A stretch of 54,625 bases of DNA, from assembly GCA_964549745.1 (NCBI GenBank), contig CAZJWP010000003.1, forward strand, positions 1 to 54,625. Direction: 5' to 3'. Every line of letters starts with the position of its first letter. Position 1 is the first letter of the stretch. Position numbers and translations under genes: made by a program. The notes under the pieces were generated by a model. The model saw nothing but the letters and a program-made list of their open reading frames with translations. It did not search any database and was not told the origin of the DNA. This DNA comes from an uncultured bacterium (GTDB lineage Bacteria > Fidelibacterota > Marinisomatia > Marinisomatales > J089). Shown piece by piece: positions 45,275 to 54,533 of the stretch.

Positions 45275-46401
45275 AAGACCTCTACGACATTCTTGGAGTT
45301 TCTAAATCGGCTTCCGATAGTGAAATAAAAAAATCGTATCGCCAAATGGCGATGAAATATCACCCGGATAAAAATCCAGGGGACAAAGAAGCCGAACAAA
45401 AGTTTAAAGAAGCGGCAGAAGCTTATTCCATACTCCGTGATACCAATAAGCGATCCCAATATGATCGTTTTGGCCATGCCGGTGTGGGGCTTGGGGAAAA
45501 TGGTGGTGCAGCAGGATATGGTGGCTTCCACATGTCGATGGATGATATCTTCAGTCAATTTGGAGATATTTTCGGCGGCGGAAATCCCTTCGAAGAATTA
45601 TTTGGCGGCGGTCGCCGAAGCCGTTCCGGGCGGGGAGTGCGAAAAGCCAGGGATTTACGAGTTACATTGAAACTGAGCTACAAAGAAATTCTGGAAGGCG
45701 TTCAAAAACAAGTTCGTATTAAGCGAAATGAACCCTGTAGCGAATGTGGTGGGTCCGGAGCGAAAAAAGGAACCTCTCCGTCACGATGCCGCCATTGTAA
45801 CGGCGCCGGTCAGGTGCGGCAGGTTTCCCAATCCTTTTTTGGGCAATCCATCGTTGTGACCGATTGTCCCGTATGCCATGGAACCGGTGAAATGATCGAA
45901 AATCCCTGTCCGGTTTGTCGTGGTGACGGAGTGGAGAGGAAATCCGCGACTATTAATATCAAGGTTCCAAAAGGTGTCCAGGCCGGGAATTATATGACTC
46001 TGGAAGGGCAGGGGAATAAAGGGGGCAAAGGCGTACATCCCGGTGACCTGGTCGTTATATTTGAGGAAGAGAATCATCCCTATTTCACGCGAAACGATTC
46101 GGATATATTGGTGGAAGCTAAAATTTCATTCGCACAGGCGGCATTGGGTACACAGATCAAGGTGCCAACAGTGGAAGGCCAGGCATCTTTATCCATTCCT
46201 GCCGGAATCCAAAGTGGACAGGTTTTACGAATGCGCGGGAAAGGGTTGCCAAGACTTCATGGCAGAGGTGTTGGAGACCAGCTGGTTCGTGTTCAGGTTG
46301 TGACACCCAAGTCGCTCAATAAAAAACAAAAATCGTTGATGGAAGACTATCTGAAGATATCATCAGATATAGATCCTGAATTTTCTAAAATTGATTTATA
46401 G
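45271..46401 (+). CDS. dnaJ: Molecular chaperone DnaJ
   Basis: 376 aa. J-domain with HPD (KYHPDKNPGD), a G/F-rich linker, and four CxxCxGxG zinc motifs. Confidence 0.95.
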   Translation: MKDLYDILGVSKSASDSEIKKSYRQMAMKYHPDKNPGDKEAEQKFKEAAEAYSILRDTNKRSQYDRFGHAGVGLGENGGAAGYGGFHMSMDDIFSQFGDIFGGGNPFEELFGGGRRSRSGRGVRKARDLRVTLKLSYKEILEGVQKQVRIKRNEPCSECGGSGAKKGTSPSRCRHCNGAGQVRQVSQSFFGQSIVVTDCPVCHGTGEMIENPCPVCRGDGVERKSATINIKVPKGVQAGNYMTLEGQGNKGGKGVHPGDLVVIFEEENHPYFTRNDSDILVEAKISFAQAALGTQIKVPTVEGQASLSIPAGIQSGQVLRMRGKGLPRLHGRGVGDQLVRVQVVTPKSLNKKQKSLMEDYLKISSDIDPEFSKIDL

Positions 46402-46809
46402 ATGACGTTGTTCACAACACAAGAACGAAAAATCTTGTGGTTGCTTGCAGTAACCATTGTGGTGGGCGGATTGACTGGATTGGCGCGACAACATTGGCTA
46501 AAATCCAAACCGAAATATGCAGCAGTCGTTAAACCAAAATTAAAATCATCTGAGGGGACAGACCCGGTCAAATCAAGTCCATCCAACGTGTCAGAAAATA
46601 CTACAAAAGCAACCGGTGAATTCGTTAATATTAACATTGCGAATCAAGTGGAATTGGAATCGCTCCCGAACATCGGTCCGGTGACAGCAAAACGGATCAT
46701 TGACTACAGAAATGATCATGGTTCTTTTGAATCTGTTGAGGATTTGACAAATGTTAGTGGAATCGGAGCAAAAACCTTGGAGAGAATTCGGCCTTATATC
46801 GGGCTTTGA
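46402..46809 (+). CDS. comEA: ComEA family DNA-binding protein (helix-hairpin-helix)
   Basis: 135 aa. N-terminal TM. C-terminal NINIANQVELESLPNIGPVTAKRIIDYRNDHGSFESVEDLTNVSGIGAKTLERI. Confidence 0.85.
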   Translation: MTLFTTQERKILWLLAVTIVVGGLTGLARQHWLKSKPKYAAVVKPKLKSSEGTDPVKSSPSNVSENTTKATGEFVNINIANQVELESLPNIGPVTAKRIIDYRNDHGSFESVEDLTNVSGIGAKTLERIRPYIGL

Positions 46810-46821
46810 GGCACATAGAAT

Positions 46822-47574
46822 ATGATCGATGAAAAAAAGCGCAAACGCTACAGTGACCTGGTTGAAATACTGATCGTACTGGGAATATTATTTTTGCTGG
46901 TATCCATATTTGTTCCGGTGGAGATTTGGAAAGAGGAAGATTTCTACAAGGACAAAAGTCATTTCAATATGGAGAACTTGTATTCAGCGGAACAATTCTA
47001 TCACCGGTTGGTCGGTGATTATACGTTAAATATCGATGAAGCAGTTCAGGTTGTGGATGCTATTCGGGATTCCTTAACAGCTGATTCCACTTATCTTGAG
47101 AACCAGGTTCTGCATCTGAATGATACAACATACACAGTTAAGATTGAACCGGGATTTGATACGGAATTTGACACCACATTCGGATTCCGGAAAACACGAC
47201 GGGATACTATCCAGGATACAACAGTTACCATTTTAAAATATGATCCGGAAATCTCACGCGTGGATACGAATTATATACAGAAAGCAGATCTGAAAAAAAT
47301 TAAAGACGATCCTAATCTGAGAGAAATACTTGGTGAAGCACCCGCGGAGCGGGTTGAAGTGGATACATACTATGATTCCTACCAACCGGACAGCAGTATG
47401 TTGTTTTGCCCCTTAACCGGACAAATATACAACGTTGCACTCGATGAAGGTAAACTCCGCATTTCAAGCCCGATTAAAGGTGTGTTTAAGGAACCGCGAT
47501 TTGGAATTTTTTCATTCAAAGCAACAAATCACGGTTATATTGAAGACGGAGTTGATAGTTGGAGTAAAAAGTAG
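46822..47574 (+). CDS. Hypothetical bitopic membrane protein with a pilin-like hydrophobic N-terminus
   Basis: 250 aa. A basic stretch, then DLVEILIVLGILFLLVSIFV, is loosely reminiscent of a class III (prepilin) leader/helix but lacks the canonical G|F(T)LxE. The remainder is soluble with no recognisable motif. Confidence 0.5.
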   Translation: MIDEKKRKRYSDLVEILIVLGILFLLVSIFVPVEIWKEEDFYKDKSHFNMENLYSAEQFYHRLVGDYTLNIDEAVQVVDAIRDSLTADSTYLENQVLHLNDTTYTVKIEPGFDTEFDTTFGFRKTRRDTIQDTTVTILKYDPEISRVDTNYIQKADLKKIKDDPNLREILGEAPAERVEVDTYYDSYQPDSSMLFCPLTGQIYNVALDEGKLRISSPIKGVFKEPRFGIFSFKATNHGYIEDGVDSWSKK

Positions 47575-47582
47575 ATCATCAT

Positions 47583-49181
47583 TTGATTACACTTGTCATA
47601 TCCAATAAGTCTGTTTCATGTGCTGAATGGGGGAAGGACCTTGATGGATTTCATCTCTCTCATATTGCCGATCAACCCTATTATAAACAACTCCAATTAT
47701 CGGACTCACCTCAGGAAATAATCCAGGAAGCTATTGAATCTTTATCTCAGGATATTGGGTTCATGGGCCAGGAGGTGGAGGTCCTCATTGATGATGCTCT
47801 GGTATTATCCACCGCTTTAACCGTAGACGATGCACTGGATGAGACCGGGATTGAAAAATATTTGGAATGGTGGATCAGCCAATCCTGGCCTAAAACACCG
47901 GAACACTACTCCGTAACCCATTTTCGCCCGGAAACCGATTCCACGTTCCTTTGGGTTAACGGAGTTCGGAAGAACCTGATCGAAGCCATTCGAGAAAGTC
48001 TAAATCAACGAGGAGCCAGATTCTATCAATGCGCTCCGATTTCATCGGTACTGATCAGTCTGGATTATCCTAAAAATTCAATTTGGTCATTTATAGAAAC
48101 TCGTTCATACCAGTTGTCAGGCTGTGTGGGATCATTGCCTTTTGGAGCTTCTATTTCTTTTTATTCTGATGCGATTCGGACTTCTGCTGTTATCGGTGAA
48201 GCCAAATTGGTGGAACCATTGCTTACCGGACCTTCGTTCCGAACACCGTTTCAATTTATTGAGCCCATCCCGGAAGGCCGTTCGGAAGTCTGGCAAAATA
48301 TTCCGACTGAAGTTCATTCTTTAGTTTCTGAAATCGATTCGTTTGGTGAATCCCATAGCTGGAAGCGCGATCTTCGGAAAAATCTTGGTGTTCTGTCTGT
48401 TGTTATTTCCTCCGATTCCACACAACGTATATTGAATTTTATCGATTCGGGAGATCGGACGGAAGCTGTGCCCGTAGATTTGGATGCGCATATTAAACGA
48501 CTGGAAGAACGGGCCAAACATTCGGAAAAGGATCAAACGGAAACAGCTTCTGTTATACCGGAAAACGTTCCGGAAAAGAAAAAATCACATGCCGGCTGGT
48601 GGTTTCTGGCTCTGATAGTAGTGATAGGTGCTGTTTATTATACCGGTTCACTGGATCGTTATATTGATCCGATTATGCAGAAATATCTCAAGCCAAAATC
48701 TAATACTGCTATGCAAGTACCGAAGATTGAAACCCGTCATAATACGGATGAGGCTTTAACACGACTCAGGGGACGTTCCCTGGGGATGCTCGATTATTGT
48801 TATGGACAGATCGAAAGTGATCCTACCGCCGGCTTTTCCGTAACCGATGGGAAATTGGATATAGATTCTGACAAAAGTGATTCGAACCCAATTGCGATGA
48901 AGAACAATGTTGATATTGATATAAATCATCGTACAACGTTCAGTACGGTTGTGGATTCACTTCATCATTGGTCAAACGGGCAGGTGAAAACACTCTCAAC
49001 AATCTCTACAAAAAGCGGAATTTATTCACCGTTAATAGTTAAAGTTGACGATCTGAAACACATTCGTCAATTTGGGAACAAGCTTTTAGGTTTAGGTGAC
49101 AATGTGATCATCAGGAAAATTTCTCTGGATACCACCGTATCTAAACCTTCTGTTCTGTTTTATATCGCAGTTTATCTCTAA
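47583..49181 (+). CDS. Hypothetical bitopic membrane protein, possibly GspL/PilM-PilN-like
   Basis: 532 aa with a TTG start. The roughly 340-aa cytoplasmic part follows a PilM-like pattern by eye (ITLVISNKSVSCAEW..., VEVLIDDALVLSTALTVDDALDETGIEKYLEWWISQ, FLWVNGVRKNLIEAIRESLNQRGARF). One TM (WWFLALIVVIGAVYY), then a roughly 170-aa external domain. Confidence 0.5.
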   Translation: MITLVISNKSVSCAEWGKDLDGFHLSHIADQPYYKQLQLSDSPQEIIQEAIESLSQDIGFMGQEVEVLIDDALVLSTALTVDDALDETGIEKYLEWWISQSWPKTPEHYSVTHFRPETDSTFLWVNGVRKNLIEAIRESLNQRGARFYQCAPISSVLISLDYPKNSIWSFIETRSYQLSGCVGSLPFGASISFYSDAIRTSAVIGEAKLVEPLLTGPSFRTPFQFIEPIPEGRSEVWQNIPTEVHSLVSEIDSFGESHSWKRDLRKNLGVLSVVISSDSTQRILNFIDSGDRTEAVPVDLDAHIKRLEERAKHSEKDQTETASVIPENVPEKKKSHAGWWFLALIVVIGAVYYTGSLDRYIDPIMQKYLKPKSNTAMQVPKIETRHNTDEALTRLRGRSLGMLDYCYGQIESDPTAGFSVTDGKLDIDSDKSDSNPIAMKNNVDIDINHRTTFSTVVDSLHHWSNGQVKTLSTISTKSGIYSPLIVKVDDLKHIRQFGNKLLGLGDNVIIRKISLDTTVSKPSVLFYIAVYL

Positions 49182-49189
49182 AGATTTCA

Positions 49190-49711
49190 ATGCGGATCCT
49201 CTCCGGCCAGTATAAAGGTTTTGAAATCGGGCATGGCAGGGGAAGCGGTGTTAGGCCCACCCAATCCAAAATACGAAAGAGTCTTTTTGATTATTTGGGT
49301 CCGTTGCGGGGGGATTCATTCACCGATTTGTTTGCGGGGACGGGAATCATTGGGCTTGAATCAGCCAGTCGGGGTGCAAATCCGGTCACTCTGGTTGAAT
49401 CGAATTCCATTCGATTTAAAACACTACGGAAAGAAGTTCAGAAGTTCGATAAAACAAAGATAAACATTTATCGTGAAGATGTGTTTCGATTTCTTGAACA
49501 TACGACTCCCACCGATTATCTTTTTGCGGACCCACCGTATGAACTTTTGGACTACAGCCATATGGAATCTCTGGTTAAATTGGCTATGAATAATCTTAAA
49601 CCAGGGGGAACCTTCATTTTGGAAACAAACCGGAAAGAATTGCTGGTTGAAGACGCGGTCGTTAAGTCGTATGGAGATTCTTTCCTCTACATTTGGACGA
49701 ATCATGATTAG
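49190..49711 (+). CDS. rsmD: 16S rRNA (guanine(966)-N(2))-methyltransferase RsmD
   Basis: 173 aa. RPTQSKIRKSLFD, SAM motif DLFAGTGIIGLESASRGA, catalytic FADPPY. Confidence 0.88.
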   Translation: MRILSGQYKGFEIGHGRGSGVRPTQSKIRKSLFDYLGPLRGDSFTDLFAGTGIIGLESASRGANPVTLVESNSIRFKTLRKEVQKFDKTKINIYREDVFRFLEHTTPTDYLFADPPYELLDYSHMESLVKLAMNNLKPGGTFILETNRKELLVEDAVVKSYGDSFLYIWTNHD

Positions 49712-50183
49712 AAAAGTGATCTATCCCGGAACTTTCGATCCGATCCACAACGGTCATATTGATATAGCAACCCGTGCATCCAGGTTGTTCGATGAGTTGA
49801 TTTTTGGCGTGGCGGACAATCCTTCTAAAAAACCACTATTTAACGTAGAAGAACGTATTGAATTGATTAAAGAAGCCACCCGGCATCTAACCAATGTTTA
49901 TGTTAAATCCACACCCGGTTTGGTGATTGATTTTGCACAAACGGAATCTGCCGTTGCATTAATTCGGGGTCTCCGGCATGTATCCGATTTTGAATTTGAA
50001 TTCCAAATGGCTATGATGAACTACCATTTGGATCCTTCGATCTCTACGGTATTGATGATGCCCGATGAAAAATATATCCATTTAAATTCAACGGTGGTGA
50101 AGGATGTGGCAAAACTAAATGGCAATATTACCGATTATGTCCCGGCCTTAGTAGAGGAGAGCTTAAAAGCTAAATTCAAATAG
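49704..50183 (+). CDS. coaD: Phosphopantetheine adenylyltransferase
   Basis: The ATG at 49704 gives MIRKVIYPGTFDPIHNGHIDI. C-terminal SSTVVKDVA. Conserved rsmD-coaD pairing. The track ORF start at 49647 is an out-of-context extension. Confidence 0.93.
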   Translation: MIRKVIYPGTFDPIHNGHIDIATRASRLFDELIFGVADNPSKKPLFNVEERIELIKEATRHLTNVYVKSTPGLVIDFAQTESAVALIRGLRHVSDFEFEFQMAMMNYHLDPSISTVLMMPDEKYIHLNSTVVKDVAKLNGNITDYVPALVEESLKAKFK

Positions 50184-50239
50184 GACTTTATTTGTAAATT
50201 TTGTTCTGTATTTCGGGTTCTTAAGGAGTCTTTGCGGTT

Positions 50240-50512
50240 ATGCCAACATATGAATATCGATGTGGGGATTGTGATCATCAATTCGAAGTATTTCAGTCGA
50301 TAAAAGATCAGGCTATAACCGAATGCCCAAAATGTCATCATCAGTCGGTTCATCGATTAATTGGATCGGGGACCGGACTGATTTTTAAAGGCTCAGGCTA
50401 CTATCTAACGGATTATCGGAGGAAAAACGGATCAACATCCAAATCTCCGGATTCAACCAGTAAACCCGAGAAAAAGAAGACTGAATCTGTAAACACAAAA
50501 AAACAGGATTAA
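50240..50512 (+). CDS. FmdB-family zinc-ribbon protein (CxxC...CxxC)
   Basis: 90 aa. MPTYEYRCGDCDHQFEVFQSIKD...CPKCH, then a low-complexity S/K-rich tail. Confidence 0.8.
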   Translation: MPTYEYRCGDCDHQFEVFQSIKDQAITECPKCHHQSVHRLIGSGTGLIFKGSGYYLTDYRRKNGSTSKSPDSTSKPEKKKTESVNTKKQD

Positions 50513-50518
50513 AACTTA

Positions 50519-51793
50519 ATGAACACTTTACAAGGAGAAAATATCCGCATGGAAAACGGGGCATTGGTTGTCCCGAATCATCCTGTCATACCTTTTATCG
50601 AGGGGGATGGAACCGGTCCGGATATCTGGGCGGCCACAGTTCGCGTTATTGACGCAGCCGTAGAAAAAGCTTACAATGGCGAAAGGTCCATTGTTTGGAC
50701 AGAAGTCTACGCAGGGGAAAAAGCATACAAAAAAACCGGTTCATGGTTGCCGGAAGAAACATTTGAAACCATTCAAAAACAGTTTATCGCCATTAAGGGG
50801 CCGCTCACAACACCGGTAGGAGGCGGAATCCGCTCTTTAAACGTCGCTTTACGGCAGAGATTGGATCTTTATGCTTGTGTGCGTCCCGTTCGCTGGTTTC
50901 AAGGCGTTCCGTCGCCTGTGAAGGAACCAAGCCTGGTGGACATGGTTATTTTCCGTGAGAATACGGAAGATATTTATACCGGGATTGAATGGATGTACGG
51001 TGAACCCGACGTGGAAAAAGTGATGGATTTTTTGATTAACACAATGGGCGTAACCAAAATTCGTTTTCCAAAGACATCATCAATTGGAATCAAACCGGTT
51101 TCTCAGGAAGGTACAGAACGCTTGGTTCGTTCTGCTATCGATTACGCTTTATCGCATGATCGGAAATCTGTCACCCTGGTCCATAAGGGTAATATTATGA
51201 AATTTACCGAAGGCGCCTTTAAAAACTGGGGTTATGAGGTTGCTGAACGTGAATATGGTGATAAAGTCTTCACCTGGGCACAATGGGGACGTATTAAGGC
51301 CGAGAAGGGCGAAGATGCGGCTAATGAAGCACAAAATACGGCTCTGAAATCCGGCAAGCTTCTGATCAAAGACTTCATCGCGGATGCATTCCTGCAGCAA
51401 ATTTTGCTCCGTCCGGCAGAATATGATGTTGTGGCAACACTGAATCTCAACGGAGATTACATCTCCGATGCTTTGGCAGCGATCGTTGGCGGAATTGGCA
51501 TCGCACCGGGTGCGAATATCAATTACATTACCGGTCACGCCATCTTTGAAGCCACGCATGGAACAGCCCCGAAATACGCCGGTTTGGATAAAGTGAATCC
51601 TTCTTCGCAGATATTGTCCGGTGTCATGATGCTGGAGCATTTAGGCTGGCAGGAAGCGGGCGACCTGATCGTGAAAGGCATCCAAGATTCGATTGGTAAA
51701 AAACACGTTACGTATGATTTTCATCGCTTGATGGATGGCGCGACAAAACTTAAATGTTCAGAGTATGGTTCGGAAATCATCTCAAACATGTAA
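50519..51793 (+). CDS. icd: Isocitrate dehydrogenase (NADP-dependent, prokaryotic homodimeric type)
   Basis: 424 aa. [59 protein letters not shown]. Confidence 0.95.
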   Translation: MNTLQGENIRMENGALVVPNHPVIPFIEGDGTGPDIWAATVRVIDAAVEKAYNGERSIVWTEVYAGEKAYKKTGSWLPEETFETIQKQFIAIKGPLTTPVGGGIRSLNVALRQRLDLYACVRPVRWFQGVPSPVKEPSLVDMVIFRENTEDIYTGIEWMYGEPDVEKVMDFLINTMGVTKIRFPKTSSIGIKPVSQEGTERLVRSAIDYALSHDRKSVTLVHKGNIMKFTEGAFKNWGYEVAEREYGDKVFTWAQWGRIKAEKGEDAANEAQNTALKSGKLLIKDFIADAFLQQILLRPAEYDVVATLNLNGDYISDALAAIVGGIGIAPGANINYITGHAIFEATHGTAPKYAGLDKVNPSSQILSGVMMLEHLGWQEAGDLIVKGIQDSIGKKHVTYDFHRLMDGATKLKCSEYGSEIISNM

Positions 51794-51817
51794 ACTATTC
51801 GCGATAGCTTCACGTAG

Positions 51818-51846
51818 AAAGGGTGCATTAGATATGCACCCTTTTT
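51818..51846 (+). terminator. Rho-independent terminator after icd
   Basis: aaagggtgcat-tagat-atgcacccttt forms an 11-bp stem including the A/T extension. The run of five T at 51842-51846 supplies the last three stem pairs and continues 2 nt past the stem. The element starts 25 nt after the icd stop. Confidence 0.75.
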
Positions 51847-51872
51847 AAATTCCAGACAAAATACATTCCATT

Positions 51873-52850
51873 ATGTTTATCGATGTTACTGAGATTCGTT
51901 TGATTGCCGGAAATGGCGGCCCCGGAGCTGTTTCTTTTCGCCGTGAAAAATTTGTACCCAAGGGCGGCCCCGATGGGGGCGATGGTGGGCGTGGTGGACA
52001 TATCTTTTTTAAAGTGGATCCGCATTTGAGGACGCTTCAGGATATCCCGTATAGAAAAGTATACCGCGCTCCTCATGGTTCTCCGGGGCAATCAAGCCGA
52101 AAATTTGGCGCTGATGGAAAGAATGTCGTGATCACGGTTCCGCCCGGGACGCAGATCATTTCAAAGCAAGACAATCAAGTCGTTGCTGATTTGACCGATG
52201 CAGAACAAACTTACCTGGCTTGTAGCGGCGGGAAAGGGGGTAAAGGGAATGTGCATTTTAAATCATCCACGAAACAAACACCTCGTTATGCACAACCCGG
52301 ATTAAAAGGAGAAGAATGTGAATTCCGGCTTGAATTAAAGTTGTTGGCTGATGTAGGTCTCGTTGGATTACCCAACGCAGGGAAATCCACCTTGCTTAGC
52401 GCCTTATCGAATGCCAGACCTAAAGTGGCGGACTATCCGTTTACGACACTGAATCCCAACCTTGGAATTGTTAAATATGGTGACTTCGAATCATTTGTGT
52501 GCGCGGATATTCCCGGTCTGATTGAAGGTGCTGCCAGTGGAAAAGGATTGGGACATCAGTTTCTGCGGCATATTGAAAGAACCTCCGTATTGGTGTTTTT
52601 AGTTGATTGTATGACAGATGAGCCAAATAAAACCGTTGACCTGTTATTGGATGAACTGAAGGCCTTCAATCCACATTTATTGAAAAAACCCAGATTGCTG
52701 GTATTGACAAAAAGTGATGTATTGGGAGAAGATGCTTTAGAACCTCAAAAAGATTTTATTCTGATATCCGCTCATTCCGGAGCCGGACTTGATCTGTTAA
52801 TCCGCGAAATAGTACCCTATTTAAATGAATCCAAAAGCACAAATTATTAA
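51873..52850 (+). CDS. obg: GTPase Obg/CgtA
   Basis: 325 aa. Gly-rich Obg fold (GGPDGGDGGRGGHIFF, GGKGGKGN). G1 GLPNAGKST, G3 DIPGLIEGA, G4 TKSD. Confidence 0.93.
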   Translation: MFIDVTEIRLIAGNGGPGAVSFRREKFVPKGGPDGGDGGRGGHIFFKVDPHLRTLQDIPYRKVYRAPHGSPGQSSRKFGADGKNVVITVPPGTQIISKQDNQVVADLTDAEQTYLACSGGKGGKGNVHFKSSTKQTPRYAQPGLKGEECEFRLELKLLADVGLVGLPNAGKSTLLSALSNARPKVADYPFTTLNPNLGIVKYGDFESFVCADIPGLIEGAASGKGLGHQFLRHIERTSVLVFLVDCMTDEPNKTVDLLLDELKAFNPHLLKKPRLLVLTKSDVLGEDALEPQKDFILISAHSGAGLDLLIREIVPYLNESKSTNY

Positions 52851-53928
52851 TCTTTTACAGGTTCCCGGATTAGGTCCGCACCGAATCCGAGGTATGATTT
52901 CAACATTTTCGCTGGAAACGGATTTTTTCCAACTCTCGATTAAAGAGCTTTGCAGTGTTCCGGATATCAATCAAAAGACTGCCAGGAGTATTAAGGAATA
53001 CTCGAGGTTCGAATTCAGTTTAGGCGAGTTAGAAAGAGCGCGGAAACTGAATACCAATATAGTTTCCTTTTATGAAAATAGTTATCCTCAGTTATTACAG
53101 AAGATATATGATCCTCCTGTATTACTTTATGTGCGCGGAAACTCCTTGAGGCAAGATGAGGATTGCGTTGCAATTGTTGGAACCAGGACGATGACCGAGT
53201 ACGGGAAAGAAATCGCGGCAGCGATTTCAAAGGAATTGACAGGTCTGGGAATTACAATTGTAAGCGGATTAGCCCGCGGTGTGGATACCACTGCACATCG
53301 CACCTGTGTAGAATCCGGCGGGCGTACAATCGCTGTTTTTGGCACCGGAGTTGATCGAATTTATCCGGCGGAAAACAAAGCACTGGCAGATAAAATATTT
53401 GAAAGGGGAGCTATTGTATCAGAGTTTCCATTTGGCACCAAACCGGATGCGCCTAATTTCCCCAGACGCAATAGAGTCATCAGCGGGTTATGTCACGCCA
53501 CCATTATAATTGAAGCCGGTACAAAAAGCGGTGCAATCCTGACCGCACTAAATGCGGTCGATCAAAATCGTGAAGTATTTGCCGTACCCGGTAGACTGAC
53601 TGACAAGCAAAGTATTGGATGTAACCGTTTGATCCGGAACGGAGCGATCCCTTTTTCCAGTGTTGATCGATTGCTGGAACATATTCAATCCCGCATGAAT
53701 CATCCGTTAAAACCCGTGCAACAGTCGCTGGTTTTGGATCTGACTCATGATGAGATTGCCATTCTTGAACACTTGAATTCAGACCCCCTGCATATAGATG
53801 ATTTATCAGCAAAAGTGGGAGTTGGTGTGAGCCAATTGTTGACCTCACTCTTGCAATTAGAACTGAAAGGAGCCGTAGTTCAACTCTCCGGAAAACATTT
53901 TGTGAGAGCAAATAATCTTAGGATATAA
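52825..53928 (+). CDS. dprA: DNA-processing protein DprA
   Basis: 367 aa. N-terminal SAM/HhH-like region, a Rossmann core (IVGTRTMTEYG, GLARGVDTTAHR, PFGTKPDAPNFPRRNRVISGL), and a C-terminal winged-helix-like tail. The start overlaps obg by 26 nt. Confidence 0.9.
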   Translation: MNPKAQIINLLQVPGLGPHRIRGMISTFSLETDFFQLSIKELCSVPDINQKTARSIKEYSRFEFSLGELERARKLNTNIVSFYENSYPQLLQKIYDPPVLLYVRGNSLRQDEDCVAIVGTRTMTEYGKEIAAAISKELTGLGITIVSGLARGVDTTAHRTCVESGGRTIAVFGTGVDRIYPAENKALADKIFERGAIVSEFPFGTKPDAPNFPRRNRVISGLCHATIIIEAGTKSGAILTALNAVDQNREVFAVPGRLTDKQSIGCNRLIRNGAIPFSSVDRLLEHIQSRMNHPLKPVQQSLVLDLTHDEIAILEHLNSDPLHIDDLSAKVGVGVSQLLTSLLQLELKGAVVQLSGKHFVRANNLRI

Positions 53929-54158
53929 TACGAAATAAAAACAGATGAGGCGTAATACTAAAGTAAAAAGAAAGTGATATAACGTAAGTAGTGTAATAAT
54001 AATGAATATGATTGTATTCTGGAAAGCCAAAATGCTTCTATTAAAATATTTAAGTGTCTTTAAGCTATTAGAAAACATCCAGTTGATCACACTAAAATAA
54101 TTGCCCCGAAACACACAAAATCTATTTATATTCCAGTACAATTTTTGAGAGGGTTTCT

Positions 54159-54533
54159 ATGCGTGATCAACCCCACATCTTAATAGTGGAAGATGATCTG
54201 GATACGCAAGTATTATATGAAAAGACCATTGGCCGTAAATATGGGATTGCCAAGGCAGTTTCGGTCAATGAGGCAAAGCAGTTCTTAACAAAAGATAAGT
54301 GTGACCTCGTCTTATTGGATTTATCATTGGAAGGCAGTGAAGACGGATTGGATTTAACACGGTATATACGGCAAAGTAAAAAATTGAAATCTATTCCGGT
54401 TATTGCAGTAACGGCCCATGCATTCACTCAGGATATGGATAACTGTCTTAGCGCCGGATGCAATGAATATGTACCGAAGCCATATCCAATTTTTGAACTA
54501 TTAAAAAAGGTTGACGAATATTTAGCAGCCTGA
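54159..54533 (+). CDS. Single-domain response regulator (CheY-like receiver)
   Basis: 124 aa. ILIVEDD, phospho-acceptor context DLVLLDLSL, PVIAVTAH, and conserved Lys in YVPKPY. No output domain. Confidence 0.85.
   Translation: MRDQPHILIVEDDLDTQVLYEKTIGRKYGIAKAVSVNEAKQFLTKDKCDLVLLDLSLEGSEDGLDLTRYIRQSKKLKSIPVIAVTAHAFTQDMDNCLSAGCNEYVPKPYPIFELLKKVDEYLAA

Noticed and set aside
53857-54141. 94-aa hydrophobic - strand ORF overlapping the dprA 3' end and the AT-rich spacer
   Set aside because: Its hydrophobicity is explained by AT-rich sequence (Phe/Ile/Leu/Asn/Tyr codons). It overlaps dprA by 72 nt and has no SD or motifs. It is kept only as a remote possibility under the spacer finding.
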